Source: an uncultured Alphaproteobacteria bacterium
Lineage (GTDB): Bacteria; Pseudomonadota; Alphaproteobacteria; Rhodobacterales; Rhodobacteraceae
Assembly (NCBI GenBank): GCA_963715055.1
Contig: CAVQRB010000012.1
Span: 1,640 to 65,639 of the forward strand
Direction: 5' to 3'
Length of the DNA stretch: 64,000 nucleotides
Both the position numbers and the translations under genes were made by a program. Shown here piece by piece: positions 10,243 to 18,968 of the stretch (its first letter is position 1; each line of letters begins with the position of its first letter). Below the pieces are notes generated by a model that saw nothing but the letters and a program-made list of their open reading frames with translations, was not told the origin of the DNA and searched no databases.

Positions 10243-11001
10243 TCAGGCCCCCTTGAACCCTTCGCTCGCGACCAGAAGGTCCTTGGTGTAGTCCTGCTGC
10301 GCCGCGCGGTTCTGCAGTGCATTGCGGGTGAGTTGCTCCACGGCGGCACCATGCTGCATCACCAGCAGCCTTTCGCACATATGCGCGACAACGGCGAGAT
10401 CATGGCTCACCAGCAGATAGGTCAGACCGCGTTCAGCCCGCAGCGCATCCAGCAGGTTGAGAACCTCGGCCTGTATGGAGGCGTCCAGTGCGGACGTGGG
10501 CTCGTCCAGAAGCAGGATGCGCGGCTCGAGGATCAGCGCGCGCGCGATGGCCACGCGTTGCCGCTGGCCGCCCGACAGCTGGTGCGGGAACCGGAAGCGG
10601 AAGCCCGCGCCGAGCCCGACATCCGCCAGCGCCTTTTCGACGCGCGCCTCGGCGTCGGCAAAACCGTGGATCGCCAGCGGCTCGGACAGCACCTTGTCCA
10701 CCGTATGCCGGGGATGGAGCGAGGCATAGGGATCCTGGAACACCATCTGGACCTGCCGGTAGAACTTTTGGGACCTTGGGCGTTCAAGCGGATCACCCCC
10801 GATGCTGATCTGGCCGGCCGTGGTCGGGGCAAGGCCGCAAATCGCCCGCAAGACGGTGGATTTTCCCGATCCGCTTTCACCGACGATGCCGAAACTTTCG
10901 CCGGCGGCAACGTCGAAGCCGACGCCACGCACGGCCCTCACCTCATTGGCGCCATGCCCGAAGGTGACATCGAGGTCGCGGACTGAGACAAGCGCGGTCA
11001 T
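10243..11001 (-). CDS. Peptide/nickel-type ABC transporter ATP-binding protein (DppF/OppF-like)
   Basis: Walker A GESGSGKST, signature LSGGQRQR, Walker B LLLDEPTSALD. Confidence 0.9.
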   Translation of the reverse strand: MTALVSVRDLDVTFGHGANEVRAVRGVGFDVAAGESFGIVGESGSGKSTVLRAICGLAPTTAGQISIGGDPLERPRSQKFYRQVQMVFQDPYASLHPRHTVDKVLSEPLAIHGFADAEARVEKALADVGLGAGFRFRFPHQLSGGQRQRVAIARALILEPRILLLDEPTSALDASIQAEVLNLLDALRAERGLTYLLVSHDLAVVAHMCERLLVMQHGAAVEQLTRNALQNRAAQQDYTKDLLVASEGFKGA

Positions 11002-11831
11002 TCCAGCCAGGCCGCATCGCGGGTGAGCGTTTGCAGCGGCCGCTGCCCGCCTTCGATGCGCGGCAGGCAGTTCAACAGCCCCTGGGTATAAGGATGGCGC
11101 GCCGACTGGAGATCACGGGCCTTGATCTCCTCGACCACGCGACCGGCATACATGACCAGAACCCGGTCACAGAAGGACGACACCAGCCGCAAATCGTGGC
11201 TGATGAAGATCAGCCCCATGCCCCGGTCGCGGACGAGGTCGTCAAGAATCCTGAGGACTTCGAGCTGCACCGTCACATCCAGCGCCGAGGTGGGTTCGTC
11301 CGCGATGAGCAGGTCCGGCTCCGCGATCACCATCATCGCGATCATCGCACGCTGCCCCATGCCGCCCGACAACTCATGCGGATAGGCATTGAAGACCCGT
11401 TCGGGATTTCGGATCTGCACCGCCTCCAGCATTGCCAGCGCGCGGGCGCGGGCCTCGCCCCGGTCGGCATCGCCACGGCGGCGGTAGGCTTCTACGATCT
11501 GCCGCCCGATGGTCATCACCGGGTTCAGCGAGAATTTCGGGTCCTGCATGACCATGCTCATGCGGCGACCACGCAACCCGCGCCAGGTTTTGGCCGATGC
11601 ATTGCGCAGATCGATGCCGTCGAAACTCAGCCGCTTGGCGCTGACCCGGCCGGACGATGGCGTGAGGCCGAGGATCGCGCGCCCGGTCTGGGACTTGCCC
11701 GAGCCGGATTCGCCGACGATGCCAAGGCGCTCGCGGCCCAAGCTAAAGGAGACATCGCGCACCACGCGCTGAGGCCCCGCGCGCGACGGAAAGGCCACGC
11801 TCAACCCGTCGACTTCCAGCATGTCCGTCAT
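10998..11831 (-). CDS. Peptide/nickel-type ABC transporter ATP-binding protein (DppD/OppD-like)
   Basis: GESGSGKSQT, LSGGMGQR, LIADEPTSALD; 4-nt overlap with neighbours. Confidence 0.9.
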   Translation of the reverse strand: MTDMLEVDGLSVAFPSRAGPQRVVRDVSFSLGRERLGIVGESGSGKSQTGRAILGLTPSSGRVSAKRLSFDGIDLRNASAKTWRGLRGRRMSMVMQDPKFSLNPVMTIGRQIVEAYRRRGDADRGEARARALAMLEAVQIRNPERVFNAYPHELSGGMGQRAMIAMMVIAEPDLLIADEPTSALDVTVQLEVLRILDDLVRDRGMGLIFISHDLRLVSSFCDRVLVMYAGRVVEEIKARDLQSARHPYTQGLLNCLPRIEGGQRPLQTLTRDAAWLE

Positions 11832-12739
11832 TTCTCACCCTTCGGATCAAGCACGTCGCGCAGACCATCCCCCAGCAGGTTGAAGCCCAGCGACACGACG
11901 AAAATCGCGATGCCCGGCATCGTCGCGACCCACCAGAAATCAATCAGGAAGCGGCGGCCAGAAGCGATCATCGCGCCCCATTCGGGCTGCGGTGGCTGCG
12001 CGCCCAGCCCGAGAAAGCCTAGGCCCGCCGCGGTCAGGATGATGCCCGCCATGTCCAGCGTCACCCGCACGATCACCGAGGACATGCACAAGGGCACCAC
12101 ATGGCCCCAGATGATCCGCGGACTGCGCGCGCCCTGGAGCCGGATCGCAGCGATATAGTCGGCATCGCGGATGGTCAGCGTCTCGGCCCGCGCCAGCCGC
12201 GCATAGGGCGGCCAGGAGGTGATCGCGATCGCGATGATCGCATTCTCGATCCCGGGGCCTAGGGCCGCAACGAAGGCAAGCGCCAGGATCAGTCGCGGAA
12301 AGGCAAGGAAGATGTCGGTGATCCGCATCAGCACGGTATCGACCCAGCCGCCGAAATACCCGGCCGTGGTGCCGACAGCCAGACCGATCGGCGTGGCGAT
12401 CAGCGCCACCAGAGCCACCACCATGAGCGTCAGACGCGAGCCGTGGACGATACGACTGAAGATGTCGCGGGCCTGATCGTCGGTGCCCATGAGATGCGTC
12501 ATCGAAGGCGGCAGAAGGCGTTCGGTCCGCAGATCCCCACCCTGCAACGGATCGAAGGGGGCGATCACATCGGCGAAGACCGCCACGAAGACGAGCAGCA
12601 GCACGATGCCGAGGCCGACCATCGCCAGTTTGTTGCGGCGCAGTTGCGACCAGGTGCGATAGGCCTGCCCGAGTTTCGCCTGGCGGCGGGACTGTGGCTG
12701 ATCGCTCAGCAGCCACTCGCGGGTGGAAAGCTGGCTCAT
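11828..12739 (-). CDS. ABC transporter permease (DppC-like)
   Basis: Start at MSQLSTREW (ATGA overlap with upstream permease stop); BPD_transp_1-type EAA region; the longer ORF to 13174 is a spurious extension. Confidence 0.9.
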   Translation of the reverse strand: MSQLSTREWLLSDQPQSRRQAKLGQAYRTWSQLRRNKLAMVGLGIVLLLVFVAVFADVIAPFDPLQGGDLRTERLLPPSMTHLMGTDDQARDIFSRIVHGSRLTLMVVALVALIATPIGLAVGTTAGYFGGWVDTVLMRITDIFLAFPRLILALAFVAALGPGIENAIIAIAITSWPPYARLARAETLTIRDADYIAAIRLQGARSPRIIWGHVVPLCMSSVIVRVTLDMAGIILTAAGLGFLGLGAQPPQPEWGAMIASGRRFLIDFWWVATMPGIAIFVVSLGFNLLGDGLRDVLDPKGEK

Positions 12740-13803
12740 CCGCGGCGCCTCACCCGGGGATCGAGCAGGGAGTAGAGCAGGTCGGAGAGAAGGTTGAGCC
12801 CCACGAAGATCACCCCGATCACCAGTGTGCCGCCCAGAACCGCGTTCATGTCGGCGTTTTGCAGGCTGTTGGTCAGATATTGGCCCAGTCCGGGCCAGGC
12901 GAAGACGGTTTCGGTCAGCACCGATCCTTCGAGCAAGCCCGCATAGCTCAGCGCGATGACAGTGACCAGCGGCACCGCCGCGTTGCGCAGCGCATGGACC
13001 CAGATGATCCGCCATTCGGCGACCCCCTTGACCCGCGCGGCGATGATGTATTCCTGCGCCAGTTCGGCCAGCATGAACGACCGCGTCATCCGGCTGATAT
13101 AGGCCATGGAATAGTAGCCCAGGAGCGATGCGGGCAACGCGAGATGCGCCAGCACGTTGCGGAAGGCGTCCCACTGCCCCTGCAAGGCCGTGTCCACCAG
13201 CAGGAGGCCGGTCGTACGCGTGACCGAATACTCATAGGCGATGTCGATCCGCCCCGGTCCCGCGACCCACCCGAGCTTGGCATAGAAGATCAGAAGACCG
13301 ATAAGGCCAAGCCAGAAGATCGGCGCGGAATAGCCCACAAGCCCGACGACTCGGATCACCTGATCGGGCAGCCTGCCCTGCCGTACCGCGCTCCAGACGC
13401 CCAGCGGCACCCCGAAGGCAGTGCCCAGGATGATCCCGGCGGTGGCCAGTTCCAGCGTTGCCGGAAAGACCCGGGCGATGTCCTCGACAATGGGTTTCTT
13501 GGTCAGGATCGAGGTGCCCAGATCGCCGCTCAGCGCCTGAGACAGGTAAATCCAGAATTGTTCGTAAAGCGGCTTGTCCAGCCCGAGCGCTATGAAGGCC
13601 GCATCATAGGTCGATTGCGAGGCGCGATCCCCGACGACGGCCAGGACCGGGTCCACCGGGACCACGCGCCCGATCAGGAATGTGACTACCAGCAGCCCGA
13701 GAAAGGTAACCGCAACCGTCAGGATCAGCTTTGCGGTCTTTGCCGCGATACGCGGAAGGGCGCGCCAGCGCCCTTCCGTCTTGCCGATCGTCAGAGAGCT
13801 CAT
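12736..13803 (-). CDS. ABC transporter permease (DppB-like)
   Basis: LGLDKPLYEQF motif, six TM segments, C-terminal DPRVR. Confidence 0.9.
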   Translation of the reverse strand: MSSLTIGKTEGRWRALPRIAAKTAKLILTVAVTFLGLLVVTFLIGRVVPVDPVLAVVGDRASQSTYDAAFIALGLDKPLYEQFWIYLSQALSGDLGTSILTKKPIVEDIARVFPATLELATAGIILGTAFGVPLGVWSAVRQGRLPDQVIRVVGLVGYSAPIFWLGLIGLLIFYAKLGWVAGPGRIDIAYEYSVTRTTGLLLVDTALQGQWDAFRNVLAHLALPASLLGYYSMAYISRMTRSFMLAELAQEYIIAARVKGVAEWRIIWVHALRNAAVPLVTVIALSYAGLLEGSVLTETVFAWPGLGQYLTNSLQNADMNAVLGGTLVIGVIFVGLNLLSDLLYSLLDPRVRRRG

Positions 13804-15404
13804 TCGCTCTTGGTCACTTTCTTGAACGAGTTGTCATTGAAGGATGGCCCGATGATGAAACCGTTCACGTTCTCGCGGATGCCCAGAACCTCGATCTCCT
13901 GGAACATGATCACGAAGGGCGATGTCTGTTGATGCTCGCGCTGCAGGGCGAGATACATCTCGGCCCGTTTGCCTGCATCCTTTTCCAGCACCGCAGCATC
14001 TGCGGCAAGGGTCATTTCCGGAATGTCCCAGGCGTTGCGCCATGCCAGCGGCTTGCTTGTCGCCTCGTCGCTGTTGTCGGGGTTGCGCGCGAATGTATCT
14101 GCGTTGGTGTGCGGGTCCTGATAGTCCGGACCCCAGCGACCAATGTAGATGTCATGGTTGCGGGCGCGGTACTTGGTCAGGGTCTGCTGGCCGTCCCCCG
14201 GGATAAGCTCCATGGTGATGCCGGCCTGCGCCATGGTCTGCTGGATCGCCTCGGCGATGGCGGTGATTTCCGGTGTGTTGCGGGTATCCATCGTCACCGT
14301 GAAGCCGTCGGCGAGGCCAGCCTGCGCCAGCAGTTCCTTTGCCTTCTCCACGTTGAGCGAATAGGGCGTCTCGCTCAGAGCGCCGAGGAAGCCTTCGGGA
14401 AGGAAGGCCTGATGCACCTTGACCTTGCCCTTCATGATCGTGTCGGCGATCGTCTGGTAATCCACCAGATATTTCATCGCTTCGCGCACTTCGGGCTTTG
14501 CAAGGTTCTCGTTCTTCTGGCTCAGGCCCAGATAATAGATCGAGCCCTTGGCACCGCTTTCGATCTTGATCTCGGGGTTGTCGGCAAGTGCCACGATCTC
14601 CTCGGCGCCGAGGTTGCGGGCAATGTCGATGTCGCCCTGCTCCAGCAGCAGCCGCTGCGTGGCGCCTTCGGGGATATGACGATAGATCGCGCGGACCATC
14701 GCCGGCGCCTCGCCGGAATAGGCATCGTTGCGCTCCAGCACCACGACCTCATTGGCGCGCCAGTCGCGAATGGTGAAAGCGCCCGAGCCTGCATAGTTAG
14801 TCTTGAGCCATTCATACCCGAAGTCGCCATTGGCTTCGTTGCTCATCACCAGTTCCTTGTCGACGACGAAACCGACGGTCGCCGTCAGGCAATAAAGAAG
14901 CAGCGTCGGCGCATAGGCCTTGTCCATCTCCAATTCGAAGGTCATGTCGCCGGTCTGGCGCACCATCTGGTCCACGTTGTCCGCGCTGAGGCCGAACTGC
15001 GTGAGGATGAAGGCCGGAGATTTGTCGAGCTTGACCGCGCGCTGCAGGGAGAACACCGCATCGGCCGCGGTGATCGGGTTACCGGAGGCAAAGGTCATGT
15101 CGGGGCGGATCACGAAGGTGAAGATCTTGCCATCCTCGGAGACCGACCAGCTTTCGGCCACGACGCCGAAAATGTCGGAGACATTATTGACGTCATAACC
15201 AACCAGCGGCTGGTAGCTGTTGCCGAGAATTTCCGACGCCGTGAACTCGAAGACTTCGGCCGGGTCGAGCGAAATGATGTCGTCGATCTGCCACGCCTGA
15301 ATGAGCGTATCCGGAGGGGTTTCCGCGTGGGCCGCGGGCGACGACAGGCAGAAAGAGGCTGTCACCACTGCGGAGGCTAATATCCTGGAAACATGTCTCA
15401 TCAA
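13800..15404 (-). CDS. ABC transporter substrate-binding protein, family 5 (peptide/nickel/opine type)
   Basis: Signal peptide ...SSPAAHA, 534 aa, family-5 SBP layout; first gene of the operon. Confidence 0.9.
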   Translation of the reverse strand: MMRHVSRILASAVVTASFCLSSPAAHAETPPDTLIQAWQIDDIISLDPAEVFEFTASEILGNSYQPLVGYDVNNVSDIFGVVAESWSVSEDGKIFTFVIRPDMTFASGNPITAADAVFSLQRAVKLDKSPAFILTQFGLSADNVDQMVRQTGDMTFELEMDKAYAPTLLLYCLTATVGFVVDKELVMSNEANGDFGYEWLKTNYAGSGAFTIRDWRANEVVVLERNDAYSGEAPAMVRAIYRHIPEGATQRLLLEQGDIDIARNLGAEEIVALADNPEIKIESGAKGSIYYLGLSQKNENLAKPEVREAMKYLVDYQTIADTIMKGKVKVHQAFLPEGFLGALSETPYSLNVEKAKELLAQAGLADGFTVTMDTRNTPEITAIAEAIQQTMAQAGITMELIPGDGQQTLTKYRARNHDIYIGRWGPDYQDPHTNADTFARNPDNSDEATSKPLAWRNAWDIPEMTLAADAAVLEKDAGKRAEMYLALQREHQQTSPFVIMFQEIEVLGIRENVNGFIIGPSFNDNSFKKVTKSE

Positions 15405-15839
15405 ATTACTCCCTTGATGTGAGATGGACAGGATCGCCCGGTGATCGGACGTCTCCCTGTCAGCCTTTCAATACGGTCCCAGCAGGTGAAGACTGTCAAG
15501 GACTTCCTTGATGACTGCCGGCAGGCGATTTTGAGCAAGCGTGTCGCGATCCCGCCTCGCACGACAAACAGCGGGCTTCTTGGCCTTCATGGCAGGACCA
15601 CCCAGGATATCCGGAAAAAATCCTTTTTTCCCATAGGACTGGGCGAGAATCGCTTGCCGGGAAGCCGTCCATTCTCCGGCAGTTTCCCGCAGGGTTTCAA
15701 TGGCTTTGCATGGCGCAGATGACCAGAGGGGATCGCGCGGGTTGGCGTGCATGGTCTGAAACCGCAGGCATATCGCCGATCTTCTGGATGCGCGCGATCC
15801 AAGCGAAGAGCCTGCGAAAGAGGCGTAAGGGGCCGCCTG

Positions 15840-16510
15840 TGATCCGTGGATCGCAAAGGGGAACAGCGTTCTGGTGACCGGGCTCCAAAATGGTATTGGC
15901 GCACCCAAGGCGCTTGGCCTCTTCGCAAGAGGCCGGGGTGTTGCCGTCAGCCTTCTTGATCGCGGCGGAAGGAACGCCGCCATGGTCGCTGAACGTGAGG
16001 CGGCGGTTGCAATGGTCGTCGCGCTCGACGTAACCGACGCGGCCAGCATCGAATGCGGCTTGGCCGATGCGGTGTCGCGACCCGGCGGTCTCGACATCCT
16101 ATTGGATAGCGCGAGGGTCGGCTCCAAAGATATCCGGGGGATGATGTTCCCCAAGGATATGCCGCAGGGGGAGTTGACGTGAATAACGTGGGCGCTCGGC
16201 AGGTCATGCGGGCAGAAGGTCGTGGAACCGCTCCTAAGCCTGCAGCCTGATTGGGTGGATTGCAGCAGGGTTTTTTGGCACCTGTTCGGGACCGCCATGG
16301 ACGCTGGAAGCCTTTGTCGAATGCTGCCGCTCCGAGCTCTCGGATTTCGGTATCGGGTTCTGCCTCATCGAACCCTGGGGCATGCCAACGGCCTTTTTTG
16401 ACGGCATGAACGCGCCGAATGACGCAGCACACAAAACTGAATTTGCCACCTCGCCCGCGAAGTTCAATCGCGGCCTGACCGGGATGCTCGACCTGAGAGC
16501 AAGATAGGAA
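15840..16510 (+). pseudogene. Short-chain dehydrogenase/reductase pseudogene (no start codon, frameshifted)
   Basis: Frame A reads KGNSVLVTGLQNGIG...LDVTD...GGLDILL (SDR N-terminus) and stops at 16182. Another frame reads LEAFVECCRSELSDFGIGFCLIEPWGMPTAFFDG (SDR C-terminal region). Boundaries approximate. Confidence 0.45.
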
Positions 16511-16882
16511 AGACATGGAAACCTGCTCACCACAAGGCAAGGGCCTCCGACGGCATCGGTGCGGCGACGCCCCGGCATGATCAAGACCAAATTTGGCGGC
16601 GCAAGGACCATGCCTCGCGGTCAGAACCGCGCCTCGGCAAACCCTGGGCCGAAACGTTGACGCCATCACGCACGTCCGGCAGAGCCACGGGCTTGCGAAG
16701 GGAGCACGGGAAATGGAGCGAGCGCATCACCGCCAGACGGACACTCTCGCGGCGCATCGTGAAACACAGAAAAGGTGAAGGTTTGACCATCCCGCCACAG
16801 GATGAAACCGCCCTGCCCGTGCCAAGCCAGTCATCTGAGACAGCGCTGTCGGACGCATCTGGCGCATCGACCGTCTGGCGGT

Positions 16883-17311
16883 TCAGGCGGTAGTGCCTGC
16901 CTCGAGAACAAATCGCACTCCACCCAGGACCACGTCACGGTAGAGGTAGAAGCCCATCTCGAGCGGCGGCAGGTCATCCGGAAATACCATCGGTTCGACT
17001 TCAATGCCGGCCTGCGCCACGATCTTGTTGACCAGATCCGCGACCGCCTGCGGTTCAGCCAGAGCCACCTCGCCATCGAGCATGAAGTCCTCCCATTCCA
17101 ACAGGTCGAACATCACCTGTCCCAACTTGTAAAAGGGATGCGGTTCGAGGATTTCGATCCATCGGGCGGCCCGGTCCGGAAATGCCCGTCGGAAACCGAC
17201 GCCCAGTCGGGCCAGCGTGCAGGCCGCGCCACGCAACCCGTCGTTCAGAGGCATCAAGCGCATCAGCAGCGCCACATCGGTTTCGGGCAGGTCGTCGAAA
17301 GTCAGGGGCAT
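16883..17311 (-). CDS. Hypothetical protein (142 aa), last gene of polyprenyl-synthase operon
   Basis: ATG 1 nt after stop of upstream gene (17313); high GC3; no family recognised. Confidence 0.6.
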   Translation of the reverse strand: MPLTFDDLPETDVALLMRLMPLNDGLRGAACTLARLGVGFRRAFPDRAARWIEILEPHPFYKLGQVMFDLLEWEDFMLDGEVALAEPQAVADLVNKIVAQAGIEVEPMVFPDDLPPLEMGFYLYRDVVLGGVRFVLEAGTTA

Positions 17312-17312
17312 G

Positions 17313-18968
17313 TCAAAGCGCCCTCGTTGTCACATAATTGGAGATTTGTCGCAGTACCGCCTTGCCGGGCGTTTCCGGAATGAAACTGAGGTCGGCCTCG
17401 AACCGGCGCACGCCCTGGTTGGCCAGCCGGTCGGCATGGGCGATGGCATAATCGATTGATCCCACCTTTTGCATCGCCGCCAGCATTTCCTCGGCAAGGG
17501 CGAAGTCCTTTTGAATGCGCGGCAGGGCATTGATCTCGGTCATGCGGGTCCGGACATCTCGTCTTGCCTCGCGAAAGAGGTGAATCATCATCACCGTGCG
17601 CTTCCCTTCCAGCAAATCGCCCAAGGCTTCCTTCCCGTAAAGTGCGGTTTCGCCGATGAGGTTCAGAATATCGTCCTGGATCTGGAAAGCGATGCCTGTC
17701 AGCCGCAGGCTTTCATTGAACCGGTCCAATAGTGCCGGGTCGGTCACGCCGGCCGCCACGGCCCCGATGCGGCAGGGGCTGATGCAGGTGTACCAGCCGG
17801 TCTTCTTGGTGCTCATCCGGCTGTAGTCAGCATCCCGGGACGGCACGAAGTTTCGCCTGATCCACCCCAGTTCAATGGCCTGTCCCTCGACGGTTTCGCG
17901 GCACATGTGCAGGATCTCGTGGATGATCCCAAGGGTTCGAGCCAAGCCGATGGTGCCGAGATTGGACAGCGTCATATCGACGGCAAAAAGATGCATGGCG
18001 TCGCCCGCGTTGACTGCCAGCCCGATGCCATGCGCCTCGTGCAGGGTCGGAAGGCCGCGGCGATGGGTGCTCTCATCGGCGATGTCATCATGCACCAGAA
18101 AGCCGTTGTGAAACATCTCGAGCGCCGCGGCCGCGCGCACCCCGTCCTCCATCCGCCCGCCCAGAGCCATGCAGGTGGCGATCACCAGTGTCGGACGCAG
18201 CCCTTTGCCTTCGCGAACCACATAGTCTTTCATGAGCGCATAAAGATCGCGCTGCGGCGGCTTGGCGGGGATCAGGCGCAGGATTTCCTCGACCACGCGG
18301 GTCTTGCAGATGTCCATGGTCATCAGCAGGTCGTTGTCGAAGACATCGTCGAGCGCCTGCCAGCTTTCGGCCTGCCTGCCGTTCCAGAGCGACCGCGCGG
18401 GTGCCAGCACCGGCTCCTGTCGCTCCAGCAGGTCCACGCCCGCCGGGTGGCGTTTATCCAACCAGTCGAGGGCAGGCCAAGCCGCGTCGTCCCAATAAGC
18501 TGCGCCGCGTTTGCGAGGCCGTGCCGCGGGCATTGCACCCGGCTCCCAGATACCGGCCCTGGAATCGCGGTAGTCGCTCCAGAGCGCCTGTACCACCCGC
18601 AGCCCGGACGCCCGTTGCGACAGCAGCCGGAAACAGCGCCAGACTGCCAACAGGTCCTCGCGCGAGCCGCGCATATCCAGCGACTGCTCGAGGGCCTGGT
18701 CGGAAGGCCGCTGGATCGCATCGAACAGCAGCATCAGGGCCCTGTCGTCAAAATGTACGGCGACATCGCTCGCGGTGTCTGTCGCCTGTTCGGCAGGAAC
18801 GACCTTCAGCGTACTCTGCCGCGCCTGCATCAGTGAGGAGGAACCATCACCGAACATCAGGTGCAGGCGAATCTGGCCCAATTCACGGGCCGCGGCCGCG
18901 ATGATCGCGGGCGCGCGCTTCGACAATGCGGCGATGGTGCCGTCAAGGACATCCGCGCCGTTAATCAC
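17313..18968 (-). CDS. Fusion protein: N-terminal SCP2-like domain + C-terminal polyprenyl diphosphate synthase
   Basis: C-terminal half has GKGLRP, FLVHDDIADESTHRRG (first Asp-rich motif), FQIQDDILNL (second motif), EGKRT. Start set at GTG 18968 (GGGAGGGG SD; GTGATTAA overlap with upstream stop) rather than ATG 19082. Confidence 0.8.
   Translation of the reverse strand: MINGADVLDGTIAALSKRAPAIIAAAARELGQIRLHLMFGDGSSSLMQARQSTLKVVPAEQATDTASDVAVHFDDRALMLLFDAIQRPSDQALEQSLDMRGSREDLLAVWRCFRLLSQRASGLRVVQALWSDYRDSRAGIWEPGAMPAARPRKRGAAYWDDAAWPALDWLDKRHPAGVDLLERQEPVLAPARSLWNGRQAESWQALDDVFDNDLLMTMDICKTRVVEEILRLIPAKPPQRDLYALMKDYVVREGKGLRPTLVIATCMALGGRMEDGVRAAAALEMFHNGFLVHDDIADESTHRRGLPTLHEAHGIGLAVNAGDAMHLFAVDMTLSNLGTIGLARTLGIIHEILHMCRETVEGQAIELGWIRRNFVPSRDADYSRMSTKKTGWYTCISPCRIGAVAAGVTDPALLDRFNESLRLTGIAFQIQDDILNLIGETALYGKEALGDLLEGKRTVMMIHLFREARRDVRTRMTEINALPRIQKDFALAEEMLAAMQKVGSIDYAIAHADRLANQGVRRFEADLSFIPETPGKAVLRQISNYVTTRAL

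Noticed and set aside
11828-13174. N-terminal extensions of real genes in the ORF track (448-aa permease ORF; 40807..42630, 607 aa; 38491..39672; 37286..38608; 17313..19082)
   Set aside because: The extensions overlap the upstream gene in another frame and are low-complexity. Internal ATG/GTG starts with SD sites that overlap the upstream stop codons explain the data better.
18250-18330. DDVFD motif in the linker before the synthase domain (a terpene-cyclase DDxxD in the N-terminal extension?) and NDLNAEAGE in the 352-aa protein (an NSE/DTE-like triad?)
   Set aside because: These are single short motif matches in regions whose composition does not look like an all-helical class I terpene cyclase. 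In the NDLNAEAGE match, Ala replaces the Ser/Thr of the triad. This is too weak to claim a bifunctional cyclase-synthase. Coordinates refer to the DDVFD site only and are approximate.
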